A stretch of 64,000 bases of DNA from an uncultured delta proteobacterium (GCA_963716725.1 CAVQUB010000006.1:96001-160000), one strand, 5' to 3'; shown: positions 31,289 through 43,049, numbered from the stretch's first letter. The notes: generated by a model not told the origin, from the sequence alone. Program-made: numbers and translations.

Positions 31289-33386
31289 AGCTTCGCCGGG
31301 CCTGTGTCCTCTTCACTCTGCCCTTGCTCGTCCTCCTGAGCGGGACCGCGCGCGCCGAAGAGCCCGAAGACCCAGCCGCGCCAGCGGTCAATGCGCGACC
31401 GTCGCCGCTTCTGCTCGATGCCGTGCCCTTGCTCGGAGCGGGGTCCCCCGCCGGCGACCGCTGGCTCAGCGTGGTCGTACGGCTCGTCAACACCACCGAG
31501 CAACAAATCGAAGGACACGTCGAGCTCACCAGCGAGATCGGCTGGAGCAGCGGCGATCGGAGGCTGCGCACGCGAGCGCCCTTCGCGGTGGCGGGCAAGG
31601 CCCGGGTGACGCTGCTCTTGCCGACGCACGGCTTCATGCACACGCCGCCGCAGCTCTCGGTACGGGCCTTCGGTGCCGACGGCAAAGAGCTGTCGAACGT
31701 CAACCTGCCGGATGCGCGGCCCTTGGAGCCGACGCTCTTCGACCTGACGCTGCCGAGTCGCATCGGGCCGGGGCTGCGCGGATTGCGCGTTGCAACGCAG
31801 CACACCGCGCCGTTTCGCGCGAGCTACAGCTACAGCGCCCCGTCCCTCGGCGTGGCGTCGCCGCAAGTGAACGCGGCCACCGGCGAGCCAGTGCTGCCCG
31901 ACCGACCGGCAGGGTACGCCCCCACCACCGTGGTGCTGGCCAAGAGCGATCAAATCACCGCGCTCCAGGGCGCCGAGCTCGACGCGCTCACCCACTGGGT
32001 GCTCGGCGGAGGGTCGCTGGCGGTGGTGATTTCCCGCCCCGAGGATCTGCGCTCCGCCACCCTCACGGCCATGGCGGGCGGTCCCATCGCGGCGGGCAAG
32101 GCGCCGAGTGAGCTGTCGGCTCAGGCCGAATTCATCGTGCCCACGGACAGCAGCGGCGGCGGCTACGGGTACGCGCCGCGCAACGAGATCAAGCGCGGCG
32201 CCCCGAGCAGCGCCACTGCAGCCGCCTTGGTCGGTTACTCCGGCGGAAATCTGCGCGTGAGCCCCTGGGGAACGACGGCCCCGTACGGCATGGGCGAGCT
32301 GACCTTGCTCGCCTTCGACGCCACCAAAGACCCGGGCGCGAGCGACGAGTGGGTCCGCTTGAAGATGGTGGACCTCACTCGCCACGCCTGGGACCGCCAG
32401 GTTTCGCTGGCCCTGCCCCACGCAGCGACTGCCCTCGACACGGGCAGCCTCGACGGCGTCCGCAAGCACCTCGATCCCAACGAGGGAGCACGTTGGGCCA
32501 TCGTGGTCGCGCTGCTCTTGCTGATCGCCTACTCGATGCTCGCGGGACCGCTGAACTTCTACTTGGCTTCCAAGAAGGGCAAGCCGCTCCGCGCGCTGTG
32601 GCACCTGCCGATCTGGTCGGGAGCCACCATGGGCGCCATCGTCGTGCTCGGCGCCCTGGCCAAGGGCGTCACCGGACGCGCGCGGCACCTGACGGTGATC
32701 GAAGCCGGCGCCGGCATGACCCACGGCAGCGTGACGCGCTTTCGCGGGTTCTACGCCGCGGCCGCCGAGCAACTCCTGGTGCGGGCTTCCGACCGACAGA
32801 ACGTGCTCGACGTGGCCGGCGACGACGCCGCCGAGACGTCCCGCGAGCTGGTGGTCGATCGCGACGGCGCGCGCCTGGAGAAGCTCCAGGCGAAGCCCTG
32901 GCAGACCGTGGTGGTGCGCGAAGATGGCTTCACCTCCCTGGGCGGGGGCGTGAGCCTGGTCGATCGCGGGACCGACATCGAGATCACCAACCGCACGGCG
33001 CGAGATCTGCTCGGCGTGTTGGTCTGGAACCCCAAGACCGAGGCCAGGTTCTTCCCCCGCATCAAGGACGGTGAGCGCGTGCTGGCGTCCGCCGGCCGCA
33101 AGCTGCCCAAGAAATCGGGCGCCGTCGCTTCGTCGGCACGTTGAACCTCCGAGATCTCGACGCGCAGGACTTCGCGCCCACTATCGAGGCCGACGTGAAG
33201 GGCGCCGGCGAAGCCTGGAAGGCCATCGACGAGCTGATCGACAACAACGTCAACTGGTGGCCGGACGATGCGCCGACGCTGATCGGGCAGCTCGAGGGCG
33301 GCGAAGGCAAGACCGTGGACTCGGGACTGGCCGTGGACTTCGACCGCGTCCTCGTGCGCGTCGTCGGCTTCGGAGGTGTGCCGTGA
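31285..33386 (+). CDS. large secreted/membrane protein of the MoxR-ABC cluster (probable frameshift near 33115 joining 33141-33386)
   Basis: Signal peptide, WVLGGGSL and YGMGEL motifs, and a TM hairpin [11 protein letters not shown]. One extra A at AAGAAATC restores [14 protein letters not shown]. Confidence 0.65.
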
Positions 33387-34556
33387 GCGAGAGCGCACTG
33401 CAATTCCCAGCAACGCCGAGCGCGCTGATCGAGCCGCCCGCGATCCGAATTCGCCACCTGTGGCACCGCTACGGGAACATGGACGTGCTCCGCGACGTCA
33501 GCCTGGAGGTGGGACACGGCGAGATCTTCGGCTTCATCGGCCCGAACGGCGCGGGCAAGACCACCACCATTCGGATCATGGCCACGCTGCTCGACCCCAT
33601 GGCGGGGCGCGTCGAGATCGACGGCATCGACGTCTCGGTGGATCCGGATCAAGTCCGCAAGATCATCGGCTACATGCCGGATCACGCGGGCGTGTACGAC
33701 CGCATCACGGTGCGCGAATACCTCGAGTTCTTCTCGGACGCCTACCGGGTGACGAGCATCGGTGTCGTCGACACCGTGATCGAGCTCACCGACCTGGGCA
33801 ATCTGCAAGATCGTCTGGTCGCGGCCCTGAGCAAGGGCATGAAGCAGCGCCTCGGCTGGCGCGCATCCTGCTGCACGACCCCAAGATCCTGATCCTGGAC
33901 GAACCCGCAAGCGATCTCGATCCGCGCGCGCGCATCGAGATCCGCGACCTCTTGCTGGAGCTGCGCGAGCTCGGCAAGACCATCTTCCTGTCCAGCCACA
34001 TCCTCACCGAGCTCAGCGACGTCTGCACCTCGGTGGGCATCCTCGAGCGAGGCAAGCTGGTCGTCGCGGGGCCCATTGGAGAGATCGCGGAACGGCTGGA
34101 AGAGCAGCGCGCCGCCCAGGCGGTGGGCATGCAGGCCGGGGATCCCGCGGCGCCGCCAACCGGTGCAAGCCTTCGTGCCCGCGGCGATCGAGCCGGCCCC
34201 GCTTGGGCGCCGACGCCCCCGCCCTGACGCCCATGGCCGAGGTGCCGCCACCCGCGGCCGGGGTGACAACCGCCGGCGGCGCCGCGATCCCCGCCTCGAC
34301 GCGCAAGCGCCTGCGGCTGCGCGTGCTCGGGGACGCCCGGGTGGTGATGCCGCTGATCGCCGGCGGCACGGGGATCGCCGCGGTCGAACCGGGCCCGGGC
34401 GGCCAACTCACGGTGTATTACGTGGGCAACGACCGCTTCGTTGCCGATGTCGTGCGGCACCTGGTGGCCAACGGCGTCGGCATCGTTGGCGTCGAGCCCG
34501 AACGCAACGAGCTCGAACGCATCTTCCTCGAGGTCACCCGAGGAGATCTGCAATGA
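33383..34556 (+). CDS. ABC transporter ATP-binding protein (frameshifts near 33858 and 34170-34200)
   Basis: GPNGAGKTT, LSKGMKQR, ILDEP, SSHIL and C-terminal LERIFLEVT. Confidence 0.88.
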
Positions 34557-36265
34557 GCGCGCAGACTGGCCGCCCGACCCTCGCCGACGCCCCGCCGTCC
34601 TCGCGACGCATCGACCGCGCGCGCATCCGCGTCAAGAACATCAAGAACGATCCCAACCCGATCTGGATGCGGGAGATGAGACAGGCCGCGCGCCTCGGGC
34701 GGACTCCGATCATCCTGGCCGTCATCACCGGACTGATGGCGCTGCTGATCTGCGCCGTGGGTGGCGTCGCCAGCGTCAAAGCCGAGCCCGCCAAGGTCGG
34801 AGTCGCGCTCTTTCACACCTTCTTCTCCCTGGCCTTTGCCGTCGTCACTTGGATCGGACCGGCGGTCGCCGCCAGCACCATCGCCAGCGAGCGCAGCGGC
34901 CGCACCTGGGAGGCCCTCTCGCTCACCGGGCTGGGGCCAGTCACCATCGCCCAAGGAAAGTTCCTGGCGTCCCTCAGCTACATCTCGCTCTACATCGTGA
35001 TGCTGGTCCCGGTGGGCGCCCTACCCTTCTTGTTCGGCGGGGTCAGCGCCACCGAGGTGCTGGCCGCCTTCGCGCTCTTGTTCTGCTTCGGCGTGCTCTC
35101 GGTCGCCTTCGGGCTCAGCATCAGCTCGCAGTTCTCGAGCTCAGCGGTCGCCATCGTCGTCACGCTGTTGGTGGCCATTCCGCTCTCGCTCCTGGTCTAC
35201 CTCTTGGGCGGCGTCGCGCTCTCGGTCGCGGTCCACGACATCTGGCCTGCGATCCCCAAGGGCGCGCCGGTGTGGCTCCCGACGGCCTACGTTCGCGCCG
35301 ATTTCGGCCTCGAGTACCTGGCGTTTCTGGTGCTGGCGCCCCTGGTCGCCATCGGCGTTCCGGCCTGGTTCCTCTACGAAGTCACGGTCGCCAACATGGG
35401 CGGAGTCAGCGACGATCGCTCGAGCGGGATCCGGCGCTGGTTCTTGATCTCCGCGCCGGCGTTCTGCGTAGCGTCCGTCGTGCCAGCCCTCGCCGTCCCG
35501 AGCGACCGCTGGGCCGCGGTGGCCATCGGCATCAGCACGATGTTCATTTTTTTCACGACCATGGCGTTTGTCTTTGCCGGTGAGCCCCTCGGACCGTCAC
35601 GGCGGGTGTTGATCCACTGGGACCGTCGCGGGGTCGGGAGGTTGCGGCGGTTCTTGGGCCCCGGTATCGCGCGGGCCGTCTCGCTCTTGATGATCGTCAG
35701 CACGGCGTGCATCGCCCTCCAGGTGGCCGTGGGGGTCAGCATCGAGCTGTTGGCTCGGGGCCCCACCGCCGTGGAGAACGCCACGCGAGTCATTGCCTTT
35801 GGCGGTTACGCGGCCGGCTACTGCCTGTTCCTGGCAGGGTTCGCCGCTTGGACCCGCGCCCGCTCGGCGACCACCAGCGTGCCCCGCGCGTTGCTCGTGG
35901 CTGCCCTATTTCTGACCTCGGCGGGCCCGTGGTTGGCCATGGCGGTGGCCGGTGTCCTGACCGAAGGCAGCGACGGAGCCTTCGTCTTCGCGTCGCCGTC
36001 ACCGAGCTACGTGTTCGTGATGCTGCAGCACATCGGCACCCCCTCACCGGATTCCGAGCTCTTGCTGGCGGCCGGCGCCGCCTGCGCGTTTGGCTGGGGG
36101 CTGCTCGGATTCGGCTTGTTTGGAGCTGCGGCAGCCCGATCGAGGAAGGCCGTGCGCGCGCACGACAAGGCGCAGCGGGAGCTCGACGCATTGCTCGCCG
36201 CCGAGGACAGCGCCGCTGCGGGCGAGCACGCCGCCGAGACGGGGGCCGTGCCCCAGGAGCCATGA
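34553..36265 (+). CDS. ABC-2 type permease
   Basis: NPIWMREMR, ASERSGRTWEAL and many TM helices. Confidence 0.8.
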   Translation: MSAQTGRPTLADAPPSSRRIDRARIRVKNIKNDPNPIWMREMRQAARLGRTPIILAVITGLMALLICAVGGVASVKAEPAKVGVALFHTFFSLAFAVVTWIGPAVAASTIASERSGRTWEALSLTGLGPVTIAQGKFLASLSYISLYIVMLVPVGALPFLFGGVSATEVLAAFALLFCFGVLSVAFGLSISSQFSSSAVAIVVTLLVAIPLSLLVYLLGGVALSVAVHDIWPAIPKGAPVWLPTAYVRADFGLEYLAFLVLAPLVAIGVPAWFLYEVTVANMGGVSDDRSSGIRRWFLISAPAFCVASVVPALAVPSDRWAAVAIGISTMFIFFTTMAFVFAGEPLGPSRRVLIHWDRRGVGRLRRFLGPGIARAVSLLMIVSTACIALQVAVGVSIELLARGPTAVENATRVIAFGGYAAGYCLFLAGFAAWTRARSATTSVPRALLVAALFLTSAGPWLAMAVAGVLTEGSDGAFVFASPSPSYVFVMLQHIGTPSPDSELLLAAGAACAFGWGLLGFGLFGAAAARSRKAVRAHDKAQRELDALLAAEDSAAAGEHAAETGAVPQEP

Positions 36266-37167
36266 CAGTGGCCGGCGGCACGCCCTCGATCCTGGATCCG
36301 GAGTTCGTACGCGAGCTCGAAGCCCTCCGACGCCGTCTCGAGATCCGCGCGCGCTCGGGCGCCGCGGGCGAGCACGCCGCCAAGCGCCGCGGCGGCGCGG
36401 CGGAGTTCCAAGAACATCGCTACTACGAGCCGGGAGACGATCTGAGACGCGTCGACTGGCTGGCCTTTGCGCGGACGGGCCAGCCCGTCGTGAAGTTGTT
36501 CCGAGCCGAGGAGGACGTCGTCGTGCGCCTGCTCATCGACGCTTCCGCCTCACTGGACTTCGGTGACCCGTCGAAGATCGCCGTCGCGCGGCGCCTCGCA
36601 GCCGCCTTCGGCTACATGGCCCTCGCCGGCTCGCAGCGCGCACAAGTTCTGGTGGCCGGCGGACGCGAAGCAACGTCCGGCCTCACGCGTCGGTCGAGTG
36701 CGCGCCGAGGCCGCGGCGGGCTTGCGGGACTGTTGCGCGATCTGGATCGTGACACGCCCAAGGGCGGCGTCGACCTGGCGCGCGCCCTGGACGACGTGAT
36801 CGTCCAGTCTGCGCGACCAGGAATGCTGGTCGTGCTCAGCGACTTCTTCGACGCGGGGCCAGTCACCGCAGCGCTCACTCGCGCGGTGGTTGCCGGTCAC
36901 GACGTGGCCCTCGTGCAAGTGGTGGATCGAGGGGAAATCGAGCCGAAACTCGAGGGGGATTACGAGCTCGAAGACGCGGAGACCGGCCAGACCGTCAGCA
37001 TCACGATGGATGCGAGCTCGATCGATGCGTACGTGATCCGCTTCGCGGGCCTCGTCGAAGAGCTACGCGCCTGGGCACGTCGACACCGCGCGAGCTACGT
37101 ACGCGTCACGACGGACGAAGCGCTCGAGGGCGCGGTCCGCCGATTCGTTGCTCGTTCCGTCGACTGA
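36262..37167 (+). CDS. DUF58 domain protein
   Basis: EFQEHRYYEPGDDLRRVDW, LIDASAS and VLSDF. Confidence 0.92.
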   Translation: MTVAGGTPSILDPEFVRELEALRRRLEIRARSGAAGEHAAKRRGGAAEFQEHRYYEPGDDLRRVDWLAFARTGQPVVKLFRAEEDVVVRLLIDASASLDFGDPSKIAVARRLAAAFGYMALAGSQRAQVLVAGGREATSGLTRRSSARRGRGGLAGLLRDLDRDTPKGGVDLARALDDVIVQSARPGMLVVLSDFFDAGPVTAALTRAVVAGHDVALVQVVDRGEIEPKLEGDYELEDAETGQTVSITMDASSIDAYVIRFAGLVEELRAWARRHRASYVRVTTDEALEGAVRRFVARSVD

Positions 37168-37308
37168 CGCCCGGCGAAAGCCCTGCGGACGACGGAACAG
37201 GCAACGGGGGCACGAGCGCAACGCTCGAAAGCAGTCGCGCTCGCCACCTCCCGTCCCCTCAGACACCGAGTCGCCGAGCATGCTCAGCGACGCGGCACCC
37301 AGAAGGAC

Positions 37309-37533
37309 TCACGCCTTCTTGGCGCGCTTGCGACGTGCTTTCTTCTTCGGCTTCGCCGCCGGGGCTGCCTTCTTGACTGCCTTCTTGGCTGCCTTCTTGG
37401 CTGCCTTCTTGGCGCCCTTCTTGGCTGCCTTCTTGCGACGCGCCTTCTTCTTCGGTGCCGCGGGTGCCGCCGCTGCCGGAGCCGCTGCCGCCGCCGCTGC
37501 CTTCTTCTTCGATGCCTTCTTCTTTGCCGCCAT
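37309..37533 (-). CDS. Lys/Ala-rich histone H1-like (HC2-like) basic protein
   Basis: MAAKKKASKKKAAAAAAAPAAAAPAAPKKKARRKKAAKKGAKKAAKKAAKK.... GGAG RBS and strong AAG/GCC codon bias. Confidence 0.75.
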   Translation of the reverse strand: MAAKKKASKKKAAAAAAAPAAAAPAAPKKKARRKKAAKKGAKKAAKKAAKKAVKKAAPAAKPKKKARRKRAKKA

Positions 37534-37928
37534 GATCTGTTCTCCGATTCCGCTCATTGAATGAGCAGGGTGAACACACTTTCATCCATAAGTTCGACTC
37601 TCGTCAAGACGATCTTTTCGATCATCGTCATCGTGAACGTCACCACGAACACCACACGCGAGCGTGCGCGTCGCTCTCGAGCAAGCTCCGACGCGAAGCG
37701 GATGCAACTCGCATCTCGGACCGACTCGACACCGACGGGACTCTTCTGCGAGCAGCGTTCGTCCCGCGTCTACGCTGCGCGCACGGTGGGCGTTTACTGC
37801 AAATCTCCCTGTATTTCTGACTGAATTGCCACGCGCTCCCGGCACCCGCGCGAGCGCACGCTCGCGACTCGGAGCACGACGACATCACCCGAAGACCCGG
37901 GACGCACTCCACGCTAAGCTGCCCGCAC

Positions 37929-39890
37929 ATGCCGTTCGAGTTGCGTAGCCCCGGGGGTCTCTTGCTGCTGGGACTCGTCGTGCCGCTGGTGCTGCTCTAC
38001 GTGCTCAAGATCCGGCGCACTCGGCTGCGCGTCGCTTCGACCTGGCTCTGGACCGTCGCCGAGCGTGATCTTCTGGCAAAAAGCCCGTTCAAACGCCTTC
38101 TGCTCCAGATCCCGCTCCTGCTCCAGCTCGCCGCGCTGCTGCTCCTCGCGCTCGCGTTTGCGCAGCCCGCGACGCGCGGTGGAGCAATCATGGGCGACCA
38201 CGTCGCGATCGTGGTGGACGTCAGCGCTTCGATGGGCGCGAAGACTCCCGCGGGCACGACCCGGATGCAGGCCGCGCGCGCGGCCGCGGTGAACGTGGTC
38301 CGCGCCCTGAGCCCGGGGGCGGATGCCCTGGTGATCGAGGCGGGCAGAGAGGCCCGCATCGCATCGCCGCTCGACCGCGATTCGCGCCGCCTCGAGGCGG
38401 CCATCGAGCGGCTCGAGCCCACCGACGTCGAGGGGCACCTGGGCCGTTCGCTGGCCATCGCCGCGGACCGGCTCCGGCAACTGCCCGGCGACAAGCGCAT
38501 CGTGGTGGTCACCGATCGGGCGCTGACCGATCCCGAGTCGCTCGCCGCGGTGTCCCTGCCCGTCGACATCGTCGACGTGGGCGGCGACCCCTCCAACACC
38601 GCCATCGTGCGCGTGGACGTGCGCAGCGGCGTGGATCCGGCCACAAAACGCGATCAAGTGCAGGCATTTGCCATGGTCGCGCACTACGGCAAACAGCCCC
38701 GGGACGTGTTTGTCACCCTGCGACAGCGCAACGTGACCGAGCCGCTGGCCTCCCGAAAGCTGACCCTGGCGCCGGGCGAGCGCGCCCCGGTCGTACTGAC
38801 CTTCGAGCCGACGCCGGGCGATCGCGGCACCGGTCTGATCGTGGAGCTTTCGCCGGACGACGCCCTCACGACGGACGACCGCGTCTACGCGCGCGTGCCG
38901 ATGGGGCGTAAGATCCCCGTCGTGCTGGCGCCGAGCGACGGCGCCCCCTGGGTCCGGCGAGCGCTGTCCGCCGATCCGGACGTCGAGCTCTTGGGCGCGA
39001 GCTTGGCGGGGCTATCGGCCGGGGCGGTGCCCGACGACGCGCTGGTGGTCGTGGACGCCGCGTGTCCGGCGGCGCTGCCCGGCGGGGACCTCCTGCTCGT
39101 GAACCCGCCCGCGGGGAAGTGTCGCACCGCCGTGGTGGGCGCACCCATCGAGCGGCCGGTCATCACGTCCTGGAGCGAGGCGGACCCTCGCTTGCGTTTT
39201 CTGACCCTCGATGGGGTGGACGTCGCCCGCGCGCGCAAAATCGAAACAGAGGGCCAGGCAGACGCATTGGTGAAGACGAGGGAGGGCGTCCTGATCAGCG
39301 ACGTGTCTTCGCCCGGGAGAACGGGCACGCTCGTGGCTTTCGATGTGGGGGAGAGCAACTGGCCGCTGAAGGCGTCGTTCGTCCTCTTCATTCGCAACGT
39401 CGTGGAGCTCGCGCGGACGCACCGGGCCCGGGGTGTGACGGGCCCAGCGCGCACGGGCGAGCCGATGACCGTTCGGGTCCCTCCCGACCTGAGCGCCGTC
39501 GACGTGGAAGATCCCGCGGGGAAGACCCTGTCGATTCCCGCCCGGGCGGGCCTCGCGGTGGTGCCGGAGGTCGCGCGAGCCGGCTTCTACTACGTGAGCT
39601 GGAAGGGTGAGCGGCCCGGGAGCGTGCTGGTCCCGGCCAACCTCACCAGTGAGAGCGAGAGCGACATCACGCCGAAGACGCTGCCGGGCGGAAGCGCCCC
39701 GGTTCGGGTATCCGACGCGGCGACGGTGGCCGACTCGCACACCGACTGGGCGTGGGTCCTGGCGGCTATCGCCCTGGCCTTCATCGCGTTCGACGCCTGG
39801 TGGCTCACCCGGCGACCCCGGCTGGTGACGCCGACCGTCAGCGCCACCCCCAAGCTCCCGCAGCGCCCGGCGGCGCGAGGTGCCCGCTGA
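37929..39890 (+). CDS. BatA N-terminal + VWA domain membrane protein
   Basis: LVVPLVLLYVLK...ASTWLW BatA motif, MIDAS DVSAS and a C-terminal TM. Confidence 0.85.
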   Translation: MPFELRSPGGLLLLGLVVPLVLLYVLKIRRTRLRVASTWLWTVAERDLLAKSPFKRLLLQIPLLLQLAALLLLALAFAQPATRGGAIMGDHVAIVVDVSASMGAKTPAGTTRMQAARAAAVNVVRALSPGADALVIEAGREARIASPLDRDSRRLEAAIERLEPTDVEGHLGRSLAIAADRLRQLPGDKRIVVVTDRALTDPESLAAVSLPVDIVDVGGDPSNTAIVRVDVRSGVDPATKRDQVQAFAMVAHYGKQPRDVFVTLRQRNVTEPLASRKLTLAPGERAPVVLTFEPTPGDRGTGLIVELSPDDALTTDDRVYARVPMGRKIPVVLAPSDGAPWVRRALSADPDVELLGASLAGLSAGAVPDDALVVVDAACPAALPGGDLLLVNPPAGKCRTAVVGAPIERPVITSWSEADPRLRFLTLDGVDVARARKIETEGQADALVKTREGVLISDVSSPGRTGTLVAFDVGESNWPLKASFVLFIRNVVELARTHRARGVTGPARTGEPMTVRVPPDLSAVDVEDPAGKTLSIPARAGLAVVPEVARAGFYYVSWKGERPGSVLVPANLTSESESDITPKTLPGGSAPVRVSDAATVADSHTDWAWVLAAIALAFIAFDAWWLTRRPRLVTPTVSATPKLPQRPAARGAR

Positions 39891-42800
39891 TGCCGCCCGC
39901 CCTCGCCGCCCAACTGCCGTGGGTCGCCCTCGCGCTGGGGATCCTGGCCTTCGGCGGCTACGTGGTCTGGGCCCACCGCAGGGGGCTCGGCAAGCGCCCG
40001 CTCCTGCTCGCGCTCGCCATCCTGGGGTCATTGCCTGCGCTGTACCTGGGGCTGACGTGGACCCGCTTGCTCCCCGAGCACTACCTGCGCTTCGAACGGC
40101 CGCTGCTGGCGCTGCCGGTGGCTGTCCTCGTCGTGGCCATCGCTCACCGCCTGTTGGCCCTGTCGCCCCGACAGGGGGCCGCTCGGCGGACCCTCACCGA
40201 GCTCTTGATCGGCGTCTCGGCCCTCGCGGCGGCGCTGGCGGTGGTGGGTGCCGAGCTGGGCAAGCCCCTCGACCGGCTCGCGGTGCTGGTGGCCATCGAT
40301 CGGAGCCGCAGTATCGACTTGGTCCCCGATGCCGATGCCCGCGTCCGCGCCGAGCTGCAGGTCGCCGAGCTCGGGATGCGCGACGACGACCGCATCGGCA
40401 CCATCGCCTTCGCGGCGGAGGCCTCGGTGGAAGATCCGCTGCGTCCGAGGACCCGCCTGCCCGCCCCTCAGAAGGTCGAGCTGGGTCGCGATGGAACCGA
40501 CATCTCCGGAGCGATCCGCCGGGCCCTCGCCGAAGTCCCGGCGGACTCGGCGGCGCGCATCGTCGTCATCAGCGACGGCGTCTCGACCCGGGGCGATCCG
40601 CTGGAAGCGTCGGCCGCAGCCGTCGCTGCCGGGATCCCCGTCGACGTGGTCCCGCTCGATCAGGCCAAGGTACCCGATGTGCGGGTGGCGGCGCTGCGCA
40701 TGCCCCCGCGCGCCAGCGAGGGCGAGACCCTGGAGATGCGTATCGTGACCTCGGCCAGCGCGGAGACGCCGGTCGAGCTGCGGATCTTCCGCGACGGGCA
40801 GCTGCTCCGGAAAGGGACCGCCAAGGTCGCTGCCGGTGAAGACGTGCTCCGCCTGCGCGAGCAGGCTCCCGGTCCGGGCCTGCATCGCTACGACGTCGAG
40901 ATCACTTCCCTCGATCCCAAGCTCGACGTACGTCCTGAAGACAACACCGGGGCCACCTTCGTGCGGGTGCGCGGTCAGGCCGCTGCGCTGGTGATGGAGC
41001 GGGAGCCCAAGCTCGCCGCTGCCATGGTGCGGGCGCTCGAAGCCGCGGCATTCCGAGTCGACACCGTGGGTCCGAGCAGCGTGCCCGCGGACATCGCCGG
41101 CTTCGCCTCCTACGACGTGCTCGTGCTGTCGGACATCTCGGCGCCGGACCTGTCCTCGACGCAGATCGATGCCATGGCCAGCTACGTGCGCGATCTCGGC
41201 GGAGGGCTCTTGCTGATGGGCGGCGACAAGTCCATGGGGCCCGGCGGCTTCGGCAAGACTCCCATCGAGGAGGTCAGCCCGGTCTCTTTCGATCTCAAGC
41301 AAGAGCGCCGCCGCGCGAGCCTCGCGGAGGTGATCGCCATCGACTACTCGGGCTCAATGGCCATGCGGGCGGGCAAGCACACCAAGCTCGAGCTGGCCAA
41401 CGAGGCCGCGGCCCGCTCGGCCGAGCTCCTGGGCACGGGCGATCGGCTCGGCGTCATGCACGTCGACACCGTCGTGAGCTGGACCGTGCCCCTCGGTCCC
41501 CTGACGAACAAGGCGGCGATCTCGAAGGCCATCCGCGCGGTGGGCCCGGGCGGGGGCGGCATCTACGTCGACTTGACCCTCAGAGACGCCTACGCCGCGC
41601 TGGATCGCGAAAAGGTGAACCTCAAGCACCTGCTGCTCTTTGCCGACGGCTCGGATGCCGAGGAGCGAGCCGGCGCCTTTGCGCTGGTCGCCGGCGCCAA
41701 GGCCCGCGGCATCACCACCAGCGTGATCTCGCTGGGGCGCGGCTCGGACAGCGCCGATCTGGAGAAGATGGCGCGCCTCGGCGACGGGCGTTTTTACCTC
41801 GTGGAGGACGCGGGCCGGCTGCCCAGCATCTTTGCCCAAGAGACGGTGCTCGCCGCCAAGAGCTCGATCAACGAGGTCACGTTCAAGCCCGCCCCAGGCG
41901 CGCCGGGACCGGCGATCCGCGGCATCGAGGTCGGTGCGCTGCCGGCGCTGACCGGCTACGTCGTGACCATCCCGAAAGGACGCGCGCAGGTCCACCTCAA
42001 GGGCCCCGAGGGCGATCCCATCCTCGCGACCTGGTCGGTGGGCATCGGGAGAGCAGGGGCCTTCACCAGCGACTTCAAGGACCGCTGGGGCAGCGCTTGG
42101 ACGGCGGCGCCCGAGGCGGCTCGACTGTTCGGACAGCTCGCGCGCGATCTGACCCGACGCGCCGACGATCCACGGGTACGCCTGGAGGCCGACGCAGCTG
42201 GGGGCGAGCTTCACGTACGCGCGAACCTGGTGGGCGACGACGGACGTGCCGAGAGCTTCCGCCGCCTCAAGGTGCGAGTCGGCGGACCGGACGGTTTTCA
42301 GCGCGAGGTCGCCCTCGAAGCCGTCGGCGCGGGGGCTTACGCGGTGGCCATTCCACTCTCGCGACCCGGCGCCTACATCGCCACGGCCATCGACGAAATC
42401 GCAGGCGACCCCGTCGCGACCACCGGGGCGGTCCTCAGCGCGGGGGAAGAGCTGCGCCCCACCGGCACTGATCGCGGTCTGCTCACCCGCGTCGCGGAGA
42501 TCACCGGCGGCCAGGTCCGCGACACGCTCGCCGGGATCTACAAGGAGCGCAGCGCGAAACGCTTTGCGTACACGAGCCTGGTGCCGCCGTTGCTCCTGCT
42601 CTCGGCCTTCGCTCTCTTGATCGGCGTCGCCGCGCGCAAGCTCGCGCTCCCGGAACGCATCAGCGCCCTGCCCAATCGCCTGCGCTCTCGGCTGCGCGAC
42701 CGCGACGCGCGCCGAGAGGAGCGCAGCGCCGAAGAGAAGGCCCAAGCCACGTCGGCGACCACGACCCTCGGCGCGCTGCGGGGACGAAAGCTGGAACGCC

Positions 42801-43021
42801 AAGCCGAGTTGTCGCGAGCGCCGCCCGTCGTCACGGACTTGCCCCCCCCCAGCGTGCCCCACTTCGGGCACTCGGCCCCCGCCCCTCGGCCGGTCGGTGT
42901 GCCGCCGCCCGCAGCCCATCCGGGCCCCGGGCTCGGAGCCGACGTGGCCTCTCCACCCTCGGCGCGCGGATTGAGCGCCGCCGAGATCCTCCTGGCGCGA
43001 CGCCGCGGACGACGTGGCTGA
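39890..43021 (+). CDS. double-VWA protein with a glutamine-amidotransferase-like (GATase1-like) domain
   Basis: DRSRS and DYSGS MIDAS motifs, and YDVLVLSD...GGGLLLMGG. N-terminal TM helices. Confidence 0.82.
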   Translation: MPPALAAQLPWVALALGILAFGGYVVWAHRRGLGKRPLLLALAILGSLPALYLGLTWTRLLPEHYLRFERPLLALPVAVLVVAIAHRLLALSPRQGAARRTLTELLIGVSALAAALAVVGAELGKPLDRLAVLVAIDRSRSIDLVPDADARVRAELQVAELGMRDDDRIGTIAFAAEASVEDPLRPRTRLPAPQKVELGRDGTDISGAIRRALAEVPADSAARIVVISDGVSTRGDPLEASAAAVAAGIPVDVVPLDQAKVPDVRVAALRMPPRASEGETLEMRIVTSASAETPVELRIFRDGQLLRKGTAKVAAGEDVLRLREQAPGPGLHRYDVEITSLDPKLDVRPEDNTGATFVRVRGQAAALVMEREPKLAAAMVRALEAAAFRVDTVGPSSVPADIAGFASYDVLVLSDISAPDLSSTQIDAMASYVRDLGGGLLLMGGDKSMGPGGFGKTPIEEVSPVSFDLKQERRRASLAEVIAIDYSGSMAMRAGKHTKLELANEAAARSAELLGTGDRLGVMHVDTVVSWTVPLGPLTNKAAISKAIRAVGPGGGGIYVDLTLRDAYAALDREKVNLKHLLLFADGSDAEERAGAFALVAGAKARGITTSVISLGRGSDSADLEKMARLGDGRFYLVEDAGRLPSIFAQETVLAAKSSINEVTFKPAPGAPGPAIRGIEVGALPALTGYVVTIPKGRAQVHLKGPEGDPILATWSVGIGRAGAFTSDFKDRWGSAWTAAPEAARLFGQLARDLTRRADDPRVRLEADAAGGELHVRANLVGDDGRAESFRRLKVRVGGPDGFQREVALEAVGAGAYAVAIPLSRPGAYIATAIDEIAGDPVATTGAVLSAGEELRPTGTDRGLLTRVAEITGGQVRDTLAGIYKERSAKRFAYTSLVPPLLLLSAFALLIGVAARKLALPERISALPNRLRSRLRDRDARREERSAEEKAQATSATTTLGALRGRKLERQAELSRAPPVVTDLPPPSVPHFGHSAPAPRPVGVPPPAAHPGPGLGADVASPPSARGLSAAEILLARRRGRRG

Positions 43022-43049
43022 CCGCGTCATGTAGACTCCGGCGCCTCGC

